Source: Thermococcus sp. JdFR-02 (GTDB taxonomy: Archaea; Methanobacteriota_B; Thermococci; Thermococcales; Thermococcaceae). From it: a DNA stretch of 64,000 nt. Position numbers and translations under genes: made by a program. Below, piece by piece: positions 9,948 to 20,665 of the stretch. The stretch's first letter is position 1, and the number at the start of each line of letters is the position of its first letter. The notes beneath the pieces were generated by a model that saw only the letters and a list, made by a program, of their open reading frames with translations, was not told the DNA's origin and ran no database searches. The stretch lies in the NCBI GenBank assembly GCA_002009975.1, contig MTLP01000022.1:1-64000 (forward strand). The letters are read 5' to 3'.

Positions 9948-11024
9948 TTATCCATAGATCGTTTTTCCCGTTTTTGGATCAAATAGATAAATCCTGTTCT
10001 TTTGTGGTTTCCAGTATATCTCCCCTCTACTAATCCTTATGTCCTCAGGAACCCTGACGACTATGTCTGTGTTGCCATAAGTGATGTGACCATAGTTCTC
10101 TACACCAAGCTTCTCGACACCTAGGAGTTTTCCTGATATATAGTCATCTTTCTGTTCTAATGCAACATCCACATGTTGGGGTCTAAATCCTAGGATAATT
10201 TCTTCAGCCTCAGGCACATCGGGAGAGAGTTTTAATGTGAAGTATTCAGTTTCAAAGAACACCTCTCCATCTTTTCTCCTTATTTCTCCCTTTATTAAGT
10301 TCATTGGAGGACTTCCAACAAAAGTTGCAACGAATGTGTTAGAGGGTTTGTAGAATATCTCATCGGGTGTTCCAACTTGCTGTAAAACTCCTTTATTCAT
10401 AACCGCTATTCTGTCAGCCATTGTCATTGCCTCAACTTGATCGTGAGTAACGTAAATTGTCGTAATGCCAAGTTCATAACTTAAAAGTTTTTTAAGTTCA
10501 AAACGCATTTGAGTTCTAATCTTTGCATCCAAGTTTGAGAGAGGTTCATCCAACAAGAAAACCTGAGGCTCTCTAACTAAAGCTCTAGCCAAAGCCACTC
10601 TCTGCTGCTGTCCACCGCTTAATTGACTTGGTTTTCTATCTAACAAATCCGCTATTCCAAGGAATTCAGCAACTTCCTTTACCTTTTTAGCTCTCTCTTG
10701 CTTTGGAACTCCAGACATTCTTAGAGGAAATTCAATGTTTCCAAAGACAGTCATATGAGGATATAGAGCATAGCTTTGAAAAACCATAGCAATGTTTCTC
10801 TTTGTAGGATCAATCTCATTAACGAGTGTATCCCCTATCCAAATTTCACCCTCGTTTGGAGTTTCAAGTCCTGCTATCATTCTAAGGGTAGTTGATTTTC
10901 CACATCCACTTGGACCAAGTAACACCATAAATTCACCATCTTTAATCTCAAGGTTTAACTTGTTTACAGCAATTAAATTGCCAAATCTTTTAGTTACTTC
11001 TTTAAGCAAAACCCTCGCCATCAT
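9948..11024 (-). CDS. Sugar ABC transporter ATPase (MalK-like)
   Basis: GPSGCGKS, LSGGQQQR, LLDEPLSNLDAK. Confidence 0.95.
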   Translation of the reverse strand: MMARVLLKEVTKRFGNLIAVNKLNLEIKDGEFMVLLGPSGCGKSTTLRMIAGLETPNEGEIWIGDTLVNEIDPTKRNIAMVFQSYALYPHMTVFGNIEFPLRMSGVPKQERAKKVKEVAEFLGIADLLDRKPSQLSGGQQQRVALARALVREPQVFLLDEPLSNLDAKIRTQMRFELKKLLSYELGITTIYVTHDQVEAMTMADRIAVMNKGVLQQVGTPDEIFYKPSNTFVATFVGSPPMNLIKGEIRRKDGEVFFETEYFTLKLSPDVPEAEEIILGFRPQHVDVALEQKDDYISGKLLGVEKLGVENYGHITYGNTDIVVRVPEDIRISRGEIYWKPQKNRIYLFDPKTGKTIYG

Positions 11025-11938
11025 CCCTTACCTCCAGTGATTACTATTCCTCTAATCAGGTATTTATTAAGCAGGAGGAATAATATTATCGTGGGAGCAG
11101 AGGCAACTATAGACCCCGCTATGATTGGGGTGTATTCAACCCACATAGCTCTTTGGAAAGCAAAACTTAAACCTACTGGAAGTGTAAAGTTCTCTGGTGA
11201 TCTTAAGAATATCAATGGTCCTATAAATGCGTTCCAAGAACCAAGGAATTGATATACAGCTACTGCTCCTAGTGCTGGTCTTGCAAGGGGCAACGCAATA
11301 AAGAAGAATGATTTTATTGGCCCACACCCATCTAAGCGTGCTGCTTCAAATATTTCATTTGAGAGCGACATAAAGTACTGTCTCATTAGGAAAATACTTG
11401 AAACATTTGTTAGCCCAAGTAATGCCAATCCAAAGATGTTGTCTATTAATCCAAGCTTGTAGATTATGATGTAGTTGGGAACTAAGGTTACGAACATTGG
11501 GATCATCATAAGCGAAAGTAGAGCTGAGAATATTGCATCTCTTCCTGGAAACCTTAGGCGAGCAAAAGCGTAACCTGCCATTGTCGAAAAGAGGATATTT
11601 CCAGCAATAATTAGTCCAGCATAAAGTGCAGTATTTCTAATCCATCTTGGGAAAAGTTCTAGTCTAAATAACTTTTCATAATTTTCCAATGTAAAAGGAT
11701 TTGGAATCCATTCTGGAGGATATCTAGAGGCTTGAGCCCAATTCATGAATGATGCTATGATTGATCTAATAAAGGGAGTTAAATAGACTAAAGCAAAAGT
11801 TATGAGGACTACGTAAGTTATTAAAATCCAAGCCTTTTTTATGAGGTTCTCCCTTTCCTTGGGAGTCATCTTAAAGCCCTCCCGTACTTCTTTTGGAAGA
11901 TGTATGTAGTTGTGAATATTATAGCAAACAAGAACCAA
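11021..11938 (-). CDS. Sugar ABC permease (MalG-like; probable start ~11869)
   Basis: EAARLDG EAA loop, TM pattern. Confidence 0.9.
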   Translation of the reverse strand: MVLVCYNIHNYIHLPKEVREGFKMTPKERENLIKKAWILITYVVLITFALVYLTPFIRSIIASFMNWAQASRYPPEWIPNPFTLENYEKLFRLELFPRWIRNTALYAGLIIAGNILFSTMAGYAFARLRFPGRDAIFSALLSLMMIPMFVTLVPNYIIIYKLGLIDNIFGLALLGLTNVSSIFLMRQYFMSLSNEIFEAARLDGCGPIKSFFFIALPLARPALGAVAVYQFLGSWNAFIGPLIFLRSPENFTLPVGLSFAFQRAMWVEYTPIIAGSIVASAPTIILFLLLNKYLIRGIVITGGKG

Positions 11939-12822
11939 CTTTTAGCTGCTGCAACTCCAGGTCTAATCCTTGTAAATGCTTCATTATATATGTCCAAGGC
12001 AACTGTATAACCAGCACCTCCCGGACCTCCACTTGCTCCTGCCATAACCCATGCTAGATCAAACATCTGCAGTGCGCCGATTAAGCCCATGACAACGACG
12101 TAAACTATCATAGGTCTAAGCATTGGTATTGTTATGAAAAAGAATCTTCTGATTGGACCTGCTCCATCAAGCATTGCGGCTTCATAGAGTTCCTTTGGTA
12201 TTGCCTGCATAGCTGCTAAAAATGACACCATGAAGTGACCGCTGGTTCCCCAAATTGCAACCATTGAAATTGCTAGAAGGATATACCGTTTATCATTTAA
12301 CCAATCTATTGGTTGAAAACCAGGCACTGTGAGATCAAACACATAATTAATAAATCCATTTTTCATGAACAGCCAAATGAAAATTAGTGAGATTATAACC
12401 GAAGAGGTCGTTGCAGGAAGAAAATAAGAGACTTTAAAAAATTGTTGTCCCTTAATTTTTTGATTAGCAAAAGAAGCCAAAACAATAGCTAAAAATGTTT
12501 GAACTGGAACTACAATAGCGGTATAGATTAAAATATTCTTCAAACCTGTATAGAAAGGAGCAATTAAGTAATAAGAACCATGAAGACCTCTACTTAAATC
12601 TCTAAGCACGATTGCAAAATTTTTTAAACCAACAAACTGCATCTCACCAATATAATCCCACTTAAAGAAGCTCAGGTAGAAGGCAAATATCATAGCAAAG
12701 TATCCAAAAACTAGATTTAATAAAACTGCAATTGAAATCAAAGAGAGACCAGCTACAATCTCCTTATTTTTAGACTTCTCATAAAAAGAAGAAAATGATT
12801 TAAAAAGAGGCATAAAAATCAC
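11866..12822 (-). CDS. Sugar ABC permease (MalF-like)
   Basis: ELYEAAMLDGA EAA loop. Confidence 0.9.
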   Translation of the reverse strand: MIFMPLFKSFSSFYEKSKNKEIVAGLSLISIAVLLNLVFGYFAMIFAFYLSFFKWDYIGEMQFVGLKNFAIVLRDLSRGLHGSYYLIAPFYTGLKNILIYTAIVVPVQTFLAIVLASFANQKIKGQQFFKVSYFLPATTSSVIISLIFIWLFMKNGFINYVFDLTVPGFQPIDWLNDKRYILLAISMVAIWGTSGHFMVSFLAAMQAIPKELYEAAMLDGAGPIRRFFFITIPMLRPMIVYVVVMGLIGALQMFDLAWVMAGASGGPGGAGYTVALDIYNEAFTRIRPGVAAAKSWFLFAIIFTTTYIFQKKYGRALR

Positions 12823-12823
12823 C

Positions 12824-14176
12824 TCAACCGCTTAGCTCTTCTTCCACAATTTGCTTCATGGTTGCTATGGCTTCCTCGGGAGTTATTTCTCCTCTCATTG
12901 CTGCTGCCATTGCATCACTGAATTTACCCTCTAAGATACCTGACTTTGGACCCCATAGGAATACTACCACATTGTCATACTTGAATGATAGTGTCTTTGC
13001 GTGTTGTGGCCACATGTCTGGATCATTCTCAAAGCCCTTTAGGCTTGGTAATGCGTGACCACCTTTAACTACAAGCTCTTTTTGTCCTTCTGGACCTAAG
13101 ACATACTCAACAAACTTCCATGTCTCTTGTGGGTGCTCAGACTTTGCGTTTATACCTAAGATAACGGTATATGCCATAGTTGCTCTTCCTTTCTTTCCAG
13201 CTGGAACTGGAGCAATGTCCCAATCTTCACCATACTTGAAGTCTGGGAATTGATCCGCTAAGAATGGGATCATCCAGTTACCACTTATCACCATTGCAAC
13301 TTCTTGTTGACCAAAGGCATCTCCTAACCAACCAGCTCCAACGTCACCTGGTTGGACAACATAGGGTGTCTTTCCTTGGTTTTCCATTTCAATCTTACCA
13401 ATTCTGTACAAGTTAATGTACCATGTTAATGTTTCCTTGACAACTGGGTTGTCAAACCATGAAGCATCTGCTGGTTTTTCAAACCATGGCTTTGGAGCGC
13501 CATTGCTAATAGCAACTGGAACATACCTGTTGAATCCTCCCAAATATATGGCCAATCCTGGCTTTCCAGTCTTTTCGGCAATAATCTTTGCATATTGCTC
13601 TAATTCTTCCCAGGTTTCAGGAGGCTTTGTTAAACCAGCTTGTGCAAAGAGCTTCTTGTTATAGAATAGGGCTAACATACTCCAGTCTTTTGGAAGCCCA
13701 TAGAGCTTTCCATCTTTCTTAAATGGTTCTAATAGGAATGGATAGAATTGGTCAATAAAGCTCTTGTCTGCGAGGTCAGAGATTGGATATAATGCTCCTT
13801 TTTCTATGAAGATTGGTGACCATGAGCTGTCAACGTAGAAGACATCGGGTGCTACCCCGGCTCCAAATGAAGCTAAAATGTTCTCATGGAACATTTGGGT
13901 GATGACTTCGTATTTAACCCCTATTGTTGGATTTTTCTTTTCGAATTCTTCAATGAGTGCTTGATACTTCTTCATCTCAGTTTCTCCAGCACTCCAGCCA
14001 GCAAACCTTATGAAAACTTTCTCTTGGGTTTCAACCTTTGTTTCTACTTTTGTTTCTGTCTTTACAATGGTTTCTGGAGTTGCTGTTTCTTTTTCTCCAC
14101 CTATACATCCAGCTGCAACAATAGCCAACAAAAGCACTGAAACTAAAACAAGACTGTGGACCATTTTTTTCTTCAT
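12824..14176 (-). CDS. Sugar ABC substrate-binding lipoprotein
   Basis: AAGC lipobox, T/E-rich linker, APDVFYVD, YGLPKD, LFYNKKLF. Confidence 0.9.
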   Translation of the reverse strand: MKKKMVHSLVLVSVLLLAIVAAGCIGGEKETATPETIVKTETKVETKVETQEKVFIRFAGWSAGETEMKKYQALIEEFEKKNPTIGVKYEVITQMFHENILASFGAGVAPDVFYVDSSWSPIFIEKGALYPISDLADKSFIDQFYPFLLEPFKKDGKLYGLPKDWSMLALFYNKKLFAQAGLTKPPETWEELEQYAKIIAEKTGKPGLAIYLGGFNRYVPVAISNGAPKPWFEKPADASWFDNPVVKETLTWYINLYRIGKIEMENQGKTPYVVQPGDVGAGWLGDAFGQQEVAMVISGNWMIPFLADQFPDFKYGEDWDIAPVPAGKKGRATMAYTVILGINAKSEHPQETWKFVEYVLGPEGQKELVVKGGHALPSLKGFENDPDMWPQHAKTLSFKYDNVVVFLWGPKSGILEGKFSDAMAAAMRGEITPEEAIATMKQIVEEELSG

Positions 14177-14321
14177 GCTTCAACACCTCTATACAGGGGA
14201 CTTCACATTTTATACTACAATAATATTATATAAACTTTATCTTTATTTTCTACAATATATTTAAATAGTAAAAATGTTATCTTAATTTAGTGCTGATGGT
14301 GTCGATGGGGGGAACATATTT

Positions 14322-15383
14322 ATGGAGAATCTCACTCTAACGGTTATTAAAAAGCTCCAAGAGTTGGGCTTAACAAAAAGAGAAGCAGAAGTTTATCTAA
14401 CGATCTGGATAAAAAAAAGTGCTACAGTGAAGGATTTGTTAGATTCTTTAGACGTTCATCAACCCCAACTTTATAACATAATTCAAAGCCTTATTAGGAA
14501 GGGTTTTGTAAGAGCTTCAGCTGGAAGACCAAGAGTTTACATAGCAAGTGATATTACTTCTTTAATAGATGTTCAAAAGATGAAACTTGATATTCTAAAA
14601 AGAACTCTTGAAGAAGAGCTTAAGAAGATAAGGAGCAGATCAGAGGAAGAAGGACCCTATATTTCAATAGTTCGAAGTTTGGATGGAATTATCTCAAGTG
14701 TAATTGAAACTATAAACTCTGCAGAAGTTGAGATCAGAGCAGAACTTCCATATTCTATCTTTAAAGAACTCAAGCCTTATTTTTTGAGTGCTCTTCAAAG
14801 AGGAGTAAACTTGTATCTTCTAGTCTACCCAGGATTAGGAACGTTCAGTGAATTTGAGTTGTTTAAAGATCAAGTAAAGATAAAGACTTCTGAACTTGGG
14901 AATTTTCTTTTAATAATCTCTGATCTTTCAGTTGGAGTGTATTCCAGAAGAAGATTCTTTAGTACCAACAAATCACCAGTCTCAAACTCCGAGATTTATG
15001 GATATGTTGTGCAGGAAAAAGATCTCTTTCTTAGGCTTTTGAACATTCATAATAACTTGTGGCTGAAGGCTAAGGATGTACTCTGCTGGCAACCAAGACC
15101 AGAGATTTACCCCAAAACCTTTATAGAATTCTCTATGGCACTGGAGGAAATTAGAACACTTCTAAAGCTTAAATATACACCTATCGTAAGCGTTGAGGGA
15201 AGAGATGTAAAAGAAGGATTGCCCATAAAGATTAGGGGGAAAGTACGTTCTGTTAACAAATTAGGAATTATAAGCAACTTTGTTTTGGAAACTAATGAGG
15301 GAACAATGACTGTAGGAGGTTTTGATGCAGAGGTTGAAGACATTGAGGCTCAACGGATTACTATAGAAAAAGTTGAAAAATAG
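14322..15383 (+). CDS. TrmB family sugar-sensing transcriptional regulator
   Basis: N-terminal wHTH (LGLTKREAEVY...GRPRVY), C-terminal VGGFDAEVED; divergent from ABC operon. Confidence 0.9.
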   Translation: MENLTLTVIKKLQELGLTKREAEVYLTIWIKKSATVKDLLDSLDVHQPQLYNIIQSLIRKGFVRASAGRPRVYIASDITSLIDVQKMKLDILKRTLEEELKKIRSRSEEEGPYISIVRSLDGIISSVIETINSAEVEIRAELPYSIFKELKPYFLSALQRGVNLYLLVYPGLGTFSEFELFKDQVKIKTSELGNFLLIISDLSVGVYSRRRFFSTNKSPVSNSEIYGYVVQEKDLFLRLLNIHNNLWLKAKDVLCWQPRPEIYPKTFIEFSMALEEIRTLLKLKYTPIVSVEGRDVKEGLPIKIRGKVRSVNKLGIISNFVLETNEGTMTVGGFDAEVEDIEAQRITIEKVEK

Positions 15384-15400
15384 TCTCAGGGGGATTAAAT

Positions 15401-16099
15401 ATGAATGAAATAGGCATGATTTGGGACTTCGATGGTGTCCTAGTTTTTACTCCCCATGAAGAAGCTTGGAGAAGAGCAGCTGAGCACTACGGTGTTAACG
15501 ACTTTGATCACGACTTCTATGTCCATTATGTCTCAGGAAAGCCAAGGTATGAAGGAGCAGACAACATATTAACTCTGAAAGGCGTCTATGAAAAGTTTAA
15601 TGCCCAAACAGAAGAAGAAAAACAAAAACTCCTCCATGAATTTGCAGATTTCAAGAACAAAATCGTGAATGAGATGTTTGACAAAGGAGAGTACGAAATT
15701 AATGAAAATGCCATAAAATTTCTAATTGAAGCAAAAAAAGCAGGAATAAAGCATGCTTTAGCCTCGGCATCAAAAAATGCAGCAAAGCTTAGCAAGAAAA
15801 TAGAAGTTGAATTCAACGGACAAAAAGTTTCCTTAAGTGATCTCTTTGATATCAATGTAAGTGGTTTAGCTCCTAGCAAAAAAGAAGTCTTTAAAATGGC
15901 TTTGAAAGAGCTAAAATCTAAGTTTCCTAATCTAAAGGTATTCATAGTTGTTGAAGATGCTCCAGCTGGAATAAAGGCAGCTAAAGAGCTAAACATGTTA
16001 ACCCTCGGTTATATAAGAGAAGCTGACCTTAAGGCTGACTTAACTTTTAGAGACTTTAATGAGGTTAGTTTAGAGAAAATTAGATCTCTAATAAGGTAA
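15401..16099 (+). CDS. HAD hydrolase, beta-phosphoglucomutase-like
   Basis: WDFDGVL, ASASKNA, VVEDAPAGI; adjacent to GH65. Confidence 0.85.
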   Translation: MNEIGMIWDFDGVLVFTPHEEAWRRAAEHYGVNDFDHDFYVHYVSGKPRYEGADNILTLKGVYEKFNAQTEEEKQKLLHEFADFKNKIVNEMFDKGEYEINENAIKFLIEAKKAGIKHALASASKNAAKLSKKIEVEFNGQKVSLSDLFDINVSGLAPSKKEVFKMALKELKSKFPNLKVFIVVEDAPAGIKAAKELNMLTLGYIREADLKADLTFRDFNEVSLEKIRSLIR

Positions 16100-16111
16100 G
16101 GAGGTCCATCC

Positions 16112-18361
16112 ATGAAATACAGCTTCAAGTTTAAAGAATATGACCCCAAAATAGAAGGAATTTACGGAACAATTCTCACATTGGGAAATGGGCATATTGG
16201 GATCAGGGGCGAAATTGAACTTGAACCAACAATCTATGGAACAACGATAGCTGGAGTTTATGATTATGCTCCCTACTTTTATAGAGAGATCATCAATGCC
16301 CCAAGGGTGATAGGAATACAAGCACTTTTCAACGGCGAACCGATATGCTTAAGCGGTCAAAAGCTCCTAAACTACGAGAGAGAGCTGGATATCGAAGATG
16401 CAACACTGAAAACTTTTGTAAGTGTAAAGACTCAAAGCGGTGCTAAAATAGACTATGAGAGCATAAGGATAGTTCATGGAAAGAGAAAGAATTTGGCTAT
16501 TCTAAAATTTAAAATCAAAGCAGATAGAGATGGTCTTTTAACGTTAATAAGTCCAATTGAGACAGATGTAGCCAATCCATCGTATAGGAACGAGATAATG
16601 ATAAAACATTACAACGTTGAAGAGCTTGAGGAAAGTAAAAAGGGAATCTACGCAGGCGTTCGAACCTTAGATGGAAAGTATAAAATTGAAATAGCCAGTT
16701 CTCTTGTAAGTGAAGGCAATATCAAAAGAACAGTTGTTAAAAATACAAAAGGCATAACCGAGATCTTAAACGTTAAAATTGAAAAAGGCAAGACCTATGA
16801 ATTCATAAAATATATAGTTATAATCTCCTCTGAGGATTCAAACCTGAAAGATAAAGCATTTCAAGAGATAGAGGAGGCTAGAGCTCTTGGTTTTGATAAA
16901 CTCTACAAGGAACATAAAGAATATTGGGAAAAAATTTGGGAAAAAGCCAACATTGAAATAGATGGTGATGATCAAGCTGAAAAAGGCTTAAAGTTCAGTC
17001 TCTTCCATTTAATTCAGTCCATGCCAAAGGATAGCAAAATATCATTAACCGCAAGGGGAATTCATGGCTTTGGTTATAGAGGACACGTCTTTTGGGATAC
17101 GGAAATCTATGCATTGCCATTCTTCATGGCTGTCTTTCCAGAAAAAACTAGGGAAATGCTAATGTATAGATACAATAACTTAGATGCCGCACGAGAAAAT
17201 GCAAAGCTTAATGGATATAAAGGGGCTCAATTTCCATGGGAATCAGCAGATGATGGTTATGAAGCAACACCACCCCTTATTCCTCTTGATATGATAGGAA
17301 AAGGTGTAGTTAGAATATACACCGGTGAGGAGGAACATCATATAACCGCTGATATAGCCTATGCAGTGGAACTTTATTACAAATTCACTAACGATGATGA
17401 CTTTATGTCCAAATATGGGCTTGAAATTATCTTGGAAACCGCAAGATTTTGGGCAAGCAGAGTGGAATATGATAAAGAAAAGGGCTATGTTATTAAGAAA
17501 GTTATTGGTCCAGATGAGTACCATGAACATGTAAACAACAACTTCTTCACAAATTTAATGGCAAAATATAACCTCATTTTAGCAGCCGAGTACTATAGAA
17601 AAGCTAAAGAACTCGGAGGAGATTGGCTCGAAACTGTAAAAAGAATTGGAGTGAATGAAGAGGAAGTTATGAAATGGCTCGAAATTGCTGAAAAAATCTA
17701 CATTCCAAGGCAAGTAAATGGAGTCTTCGAACAGTTTGACGGCTACTTTGATCTAATGGATTACACGATTGATCCCTATGGTATTGGAGAAAATAGGCTT
17801 CCAGAGGAAGTAAAGAGAAACTTAGGAAAGACAAAGCTGATTAAGCAAGCCGATGTCATAGCAGCGCAGTATCTCCTTAAAGAACAGTTTGACCTCGAAA
17901 CAATCAAGAAGAACTTTGATTACTATGTCGTTAGAACCACTCATGCATCATCACTTTCAATGCCCGCATACAGTATAGTAGCATCATGGCTCGGCTATGA
18001 GGATTTAGCCTACGACTACTTCATAAAATGTGCCTTCATAGACCTTCACAATATTTACGGCAACACTCAAGATGGCTTCCATTTAGCAACTGCTGGTGGA
18101 GTTTGGCAAATACTCTTTAGAGGTTTCTGCGGAATCGAGATAAAGGGAGATACTTTGAAAATTACACCAAGACTCCCACAAAAATGGAGATCAGTAAAGC
18201 TAAAATTCTTCTTTAAGGGAGCATTACTTAGCTTGGAAATCAAGAATGATGAAGTGAAAGCTAAAGTCATCAATGATAAGAGCGCCAAAATTAGCGCATT
18301 TAGTAAAGATGTTCTTTTGAAGCCCGGAGAAGAGATTATTTTAAGAGGTGAAGCAAGATGA
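16112..18361 (+). CDS. GH65 glycoside phosphorylase (kojibiose/trehalose/maltose type)
   Basis: GYRGHVFWDTE, GPDEYH, KQAD, HASSLS. Confidence 0.92.
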   Translation: MKYSFKFKEYDPKIEGIYGTILTLGNGHIGIRGEIELEPTIYGTTIAGVYDYAPYFYREIINAPRVIGIQALFNGEPICLSGQKLLNYERELDIEDATLKTFVSVKTQSGAKIDYESIRIVHGKRKNLAILKFKIKADRDGLLTLISPIETDVANPSYRNEIMIKHYNVEELEESKKGIYAGVRTLDGKYKIEIASSLVSEGNIKRTVVKNTKGITEILNVKIEKGKTYEFIKYIVIISSEDSNLKDKAFQEIEEARALGFDKLYKEHKEYWEKIWEKANIEIDGDDQAEKGLKFSLFHLIQSMPKDSKISLTARGIHGFGYRGHVFWDTEIYALPFFMAVFPEKTREMLMYRYNNLDAARENAKLNGYKGAQFPWESADDGYEATPPLIPLDMIGKGVVRIYTGEEEHHITADIAYAVELYYKFTNDDDFMSKYGLEIILETARFWASRVEYDKEKGYVIKKVIGPDEYHEHVNNNFFTNLMAKYNLILAAEYYRKAKELGGDWLETVKRIGVNEEEVMKWLEIAEKIYIPRQVNGVFEQFDGYFDLMDYTIDPYGIGENRLPEEVKRNLGKTKLIKQADVIAAQYLLKEQFDLETIKKNFDYYVVRTTHASSLSMPAYSIVASWLGYEDLAYDYFIKCAFIDLHNIYGNTQDGFHLATAGGVWQILFRGFCGIEIKGDTLKITPRLPQKWRSVKLKFFFKGALLSLEIKNDEVKAKVINDKSAKISAFSKDVLLKPGEEIILRGEAR

Positions 18362-19287
18362 TTGAAAAAGTGTTAAATTTAAATAAGGGGGTTCTTTCAG
18401 TTAAACCTCTACAAAAGCTCTCTCATCCAATTTTAAAGCCGTCAAAAGAGGGTTTTGACTCAAAGAATATTTACAATCCTACAGTTGTTAAAGTTAAAGA
18501 CACTATAATCATGCTCTATCGTGCAGAAAGCAAAAAGGATAAAATAACAGGAAGGATAGGGTTAGCCTTAAGTCAAGATGGAATAAACTTCTTGAGACAC
18601 CCAGAGCCAATACTAGAACCAGAGTATGATTATGAAGTTATGGGAGTTGAAGACCCAAGAGTTGTAAAAGTCGGCAACACATATTATATGACTTACACTG
18701 GTTATGACGGCAAGACAGCAAAGCTTTGTATTGCAAGTTCAAAAAACTTAGTAAATTGGAAAAAACATGGTGTAGTCTTTGAAGACTTTCCACAAACAAA
18801 AGACTGGACAAAGAGCGGTGCTATCTTGCCTCAGAAACTAGAAAAGGGAGAATTTAAAGGGAAATATATTATGTATTTTGGAGACTCAAATATATGGTTA
18901 GCCTATTCTAATGATTTGATAAATTGGGAGTACATTGAAAACCCGGTGCTAAAACCAAGAAAAGACAACTTTGATAATGTGCTTGTAGAACCAGGACCAT
19001 TTACAATAATGACAGAATTAGGAATTTTACTAATATACAACAGTGCTGGAAAAGAAGGGGATACGTTAAAATACAAAGTTGGAGTTGCTTTATTTGACAA
19101 AGAAGACCCAACAAAGCTAATAGCTCGTACAGAAAAGCCAATTCTAGAGCCCACTTATGAATGGGAAATCAATGGATGGGTAAATAACGTCGTATTCGTT
19201 GAAGGATTAATTGAGCATGACAACAAAATCTATATCTACTACGGAGGAGCAGATAAATACATTGGATTAGCTTATTGGGAGGTATAA
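18358..19287 (+). CDS. GH130 family glycosidase/phosphorylase (cytoplasmic)
   Basis: YNPTVV, GVEDPR, KSGA, EPGP, YYGGAD. Confidence 0.88.
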   Translation: MIEKVLNLNKGVLSVKPLQKLSHPILKPSKEGFDSKNIYNPTVVKVKDTIIMLYRAESKKDKITGRIGLALSQDGINFLRHPEPILEPEYDYEVMGVEDPRVVKVGNTYYMTYTGYDGKTAKLCIASSKNLVNWKKHGVVFEDFPQTKDWTKSGAILPQKLEKGEFKGKYIMYFGDSNIWLAYSNDLINWEYIENPVLKPRKDNFDNVLVEPGPFTIMTELGILLIYNSAGKEGDTLKYKVGVALFDKEDPTKLIARTEKPILEPTYEWEINGWVNNVVFVEGLIEHDNKIYIYYGGADKYIGLAYWEV

Positions 19288-19345
19288 AGGCTCAGTGGGT
19301 GTTCACTTCTTCATCAATCAGCATGCTTGCTAATCGTCATCGCCT
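19288..19345 (-). ncRNA. Box C/D methylation-guide sRNA
   Basis: Minus strand: AGGC-G-ATGACGA (C)-TTAGCAAGCATG-CTGA (D')-TTG-ATGAAGA (C')-AGTGAACACCCA-CTGA (D)-GCCT; two 12-nt guides and AGGC/GCCT terminal stem. Confidence 0.8.
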
Positions 19346-19433
19346 AAATTTGTTTATTTTTATTCTCTTTTAAACTTAGCTAAAATAGCTAAGCTTTTAT
19401 GATATAATGTCCAATAATTATTGAAAAAATTTC

Positions 19434-20642
19434 GTGGTGATTGAAATGATACATGCATCTAAAAGGTCGATGGGGATTGAATATGCCATCAGGGATGTTG
19501 TATTGCCTGCAAGAGAACTTGAGAAAAAAGGGATAAAAGTAATCAAACTTAACATTGGTGATCCTGTTAAGTTTGATTTCCAGCCTCCACAGCACATGAA
19601 AGAGGCGTATTGTAAAGCTATTATGGAAGGGCACAACTATTATGGGGATAGCGAGGGAGATTTAGAGCTTAGGAAAGCAATCGTAGAGAGGGAAAAGAAA
19701 AAGAATGGAGTCAACATAACACCTGACGACGTTATGGTAACCGCAGCAGTTACCGAGGCATTACAATTCATCTTTGGTTCCATCGTTGAGGAAGGAGATG
19801 AGGTTTTAATTCCAGGGCCGAGTTATCCTCCATACGTTGCTCTAGTTAAGTTCTATGGAGGAATTCCAAAAGCATATCTAGGAATTGAAGAAGAAGGATG
19901 GCAGCCAGATATAGATGATATGAGGAAAAAGATAAGCGAGAAAACAAAGGCAATAGCAGTTATAAACCCAAACAACCCCACAGGAGCTCTTTATGGTAAG
20001 AAGACTTTGAAAGAGATCATTGATTTAGCTGGAGAATATGACATCCCCATTATAAGTGATGAAATTTATGATTTAATGACTTATGAAGGAAAGCATGTTT
20101 CTCCAGGCTCATTAACTAAAGATGTTCCCGTTATAGTCATGAATGGACTTTCAAAAGTTTACTTTGCAACAGGCTGGCGTTTAGGATACATGTACTTTGT
20201 TGATCCAGAAAACAAGCTTGCTGAAGTTAAAGAAGCAATTGGAAAGCTCGCAAGAATTAGGCTTTGTCCAAACACTCCAGCGCAAAAAGCGGCGATTGCC
20301 GGATTAATAGGTCCAATGGACTATCTCGATGAATATATGGCGAAGCTAAAAGAAAGGAGAGACTACATTTACAAGCGCTTAAATGAAATTCCAGGAATAA
20401 GCACGCAAAAACCTGAAGGAGCGTTCTACATATTCCCCAAGATAGAAGAAAGAAGCAAATGGAAGAGTGATAAAGAGTTCGTGCTTGATGTCCTAAGAAA
20501 TGCCCACATATTGGTAGTTCACGGCTCTGGATTTGGAGAGGGTGGAGAATGGCACTTCAGAGCAGTGTTCTTGCCACCTGTCGAGATTCTTGAACAAGCT
20601 ATGGACAACTTAGAAAAGTTCATGAAAGAAAAACTAAAGTAA
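19434..20642 (+). CDS. Alanine aminotransferase-type PLP aminotransferase
   Basis: IEYAIRD, LNIGDP, INPNNPTG, SDEIYD, SKVYFATGWRLG. Confidence 0.85.
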   Translation: MVIEMIHASKRSMGIEYAIRDVVLPARELEKKGIKVIKLNIGDPVKFDFQPPQHMKEAYCKAIMEGHNYYGDSEGDLELRKAIVEREKKKNGVNITPDDVMVTAAVTEALQFIFGSIVEEGDEVLIPGPSYPPYVALVKFYGGIPKAYLGIEEEGWQPDIDDMRKKISEKTKAIAVINPNNPTGALYGKKTLKEIIDLAGEYDIPIISDEIYDLMTYEGKHVSPGSLTKDVPVIVMNGLSKVYFATGWRLGYMYFVDPENKLAEVKEAIGKLARIRLCPNTPAQKAAIAGLIGPMDYLDEYMAKLKERRDYIYKRLNEIPGISTQKPEGAFYIFPKIEERSKWKSDKEFVLDVLRNAHILVVHGSGFGEGGEWHFRAVFLPPVEILEQAMDNLEKFMKEKLK

Positions 20643-20665
20643 TCTCTTCACTTTTTAATTTGTTT

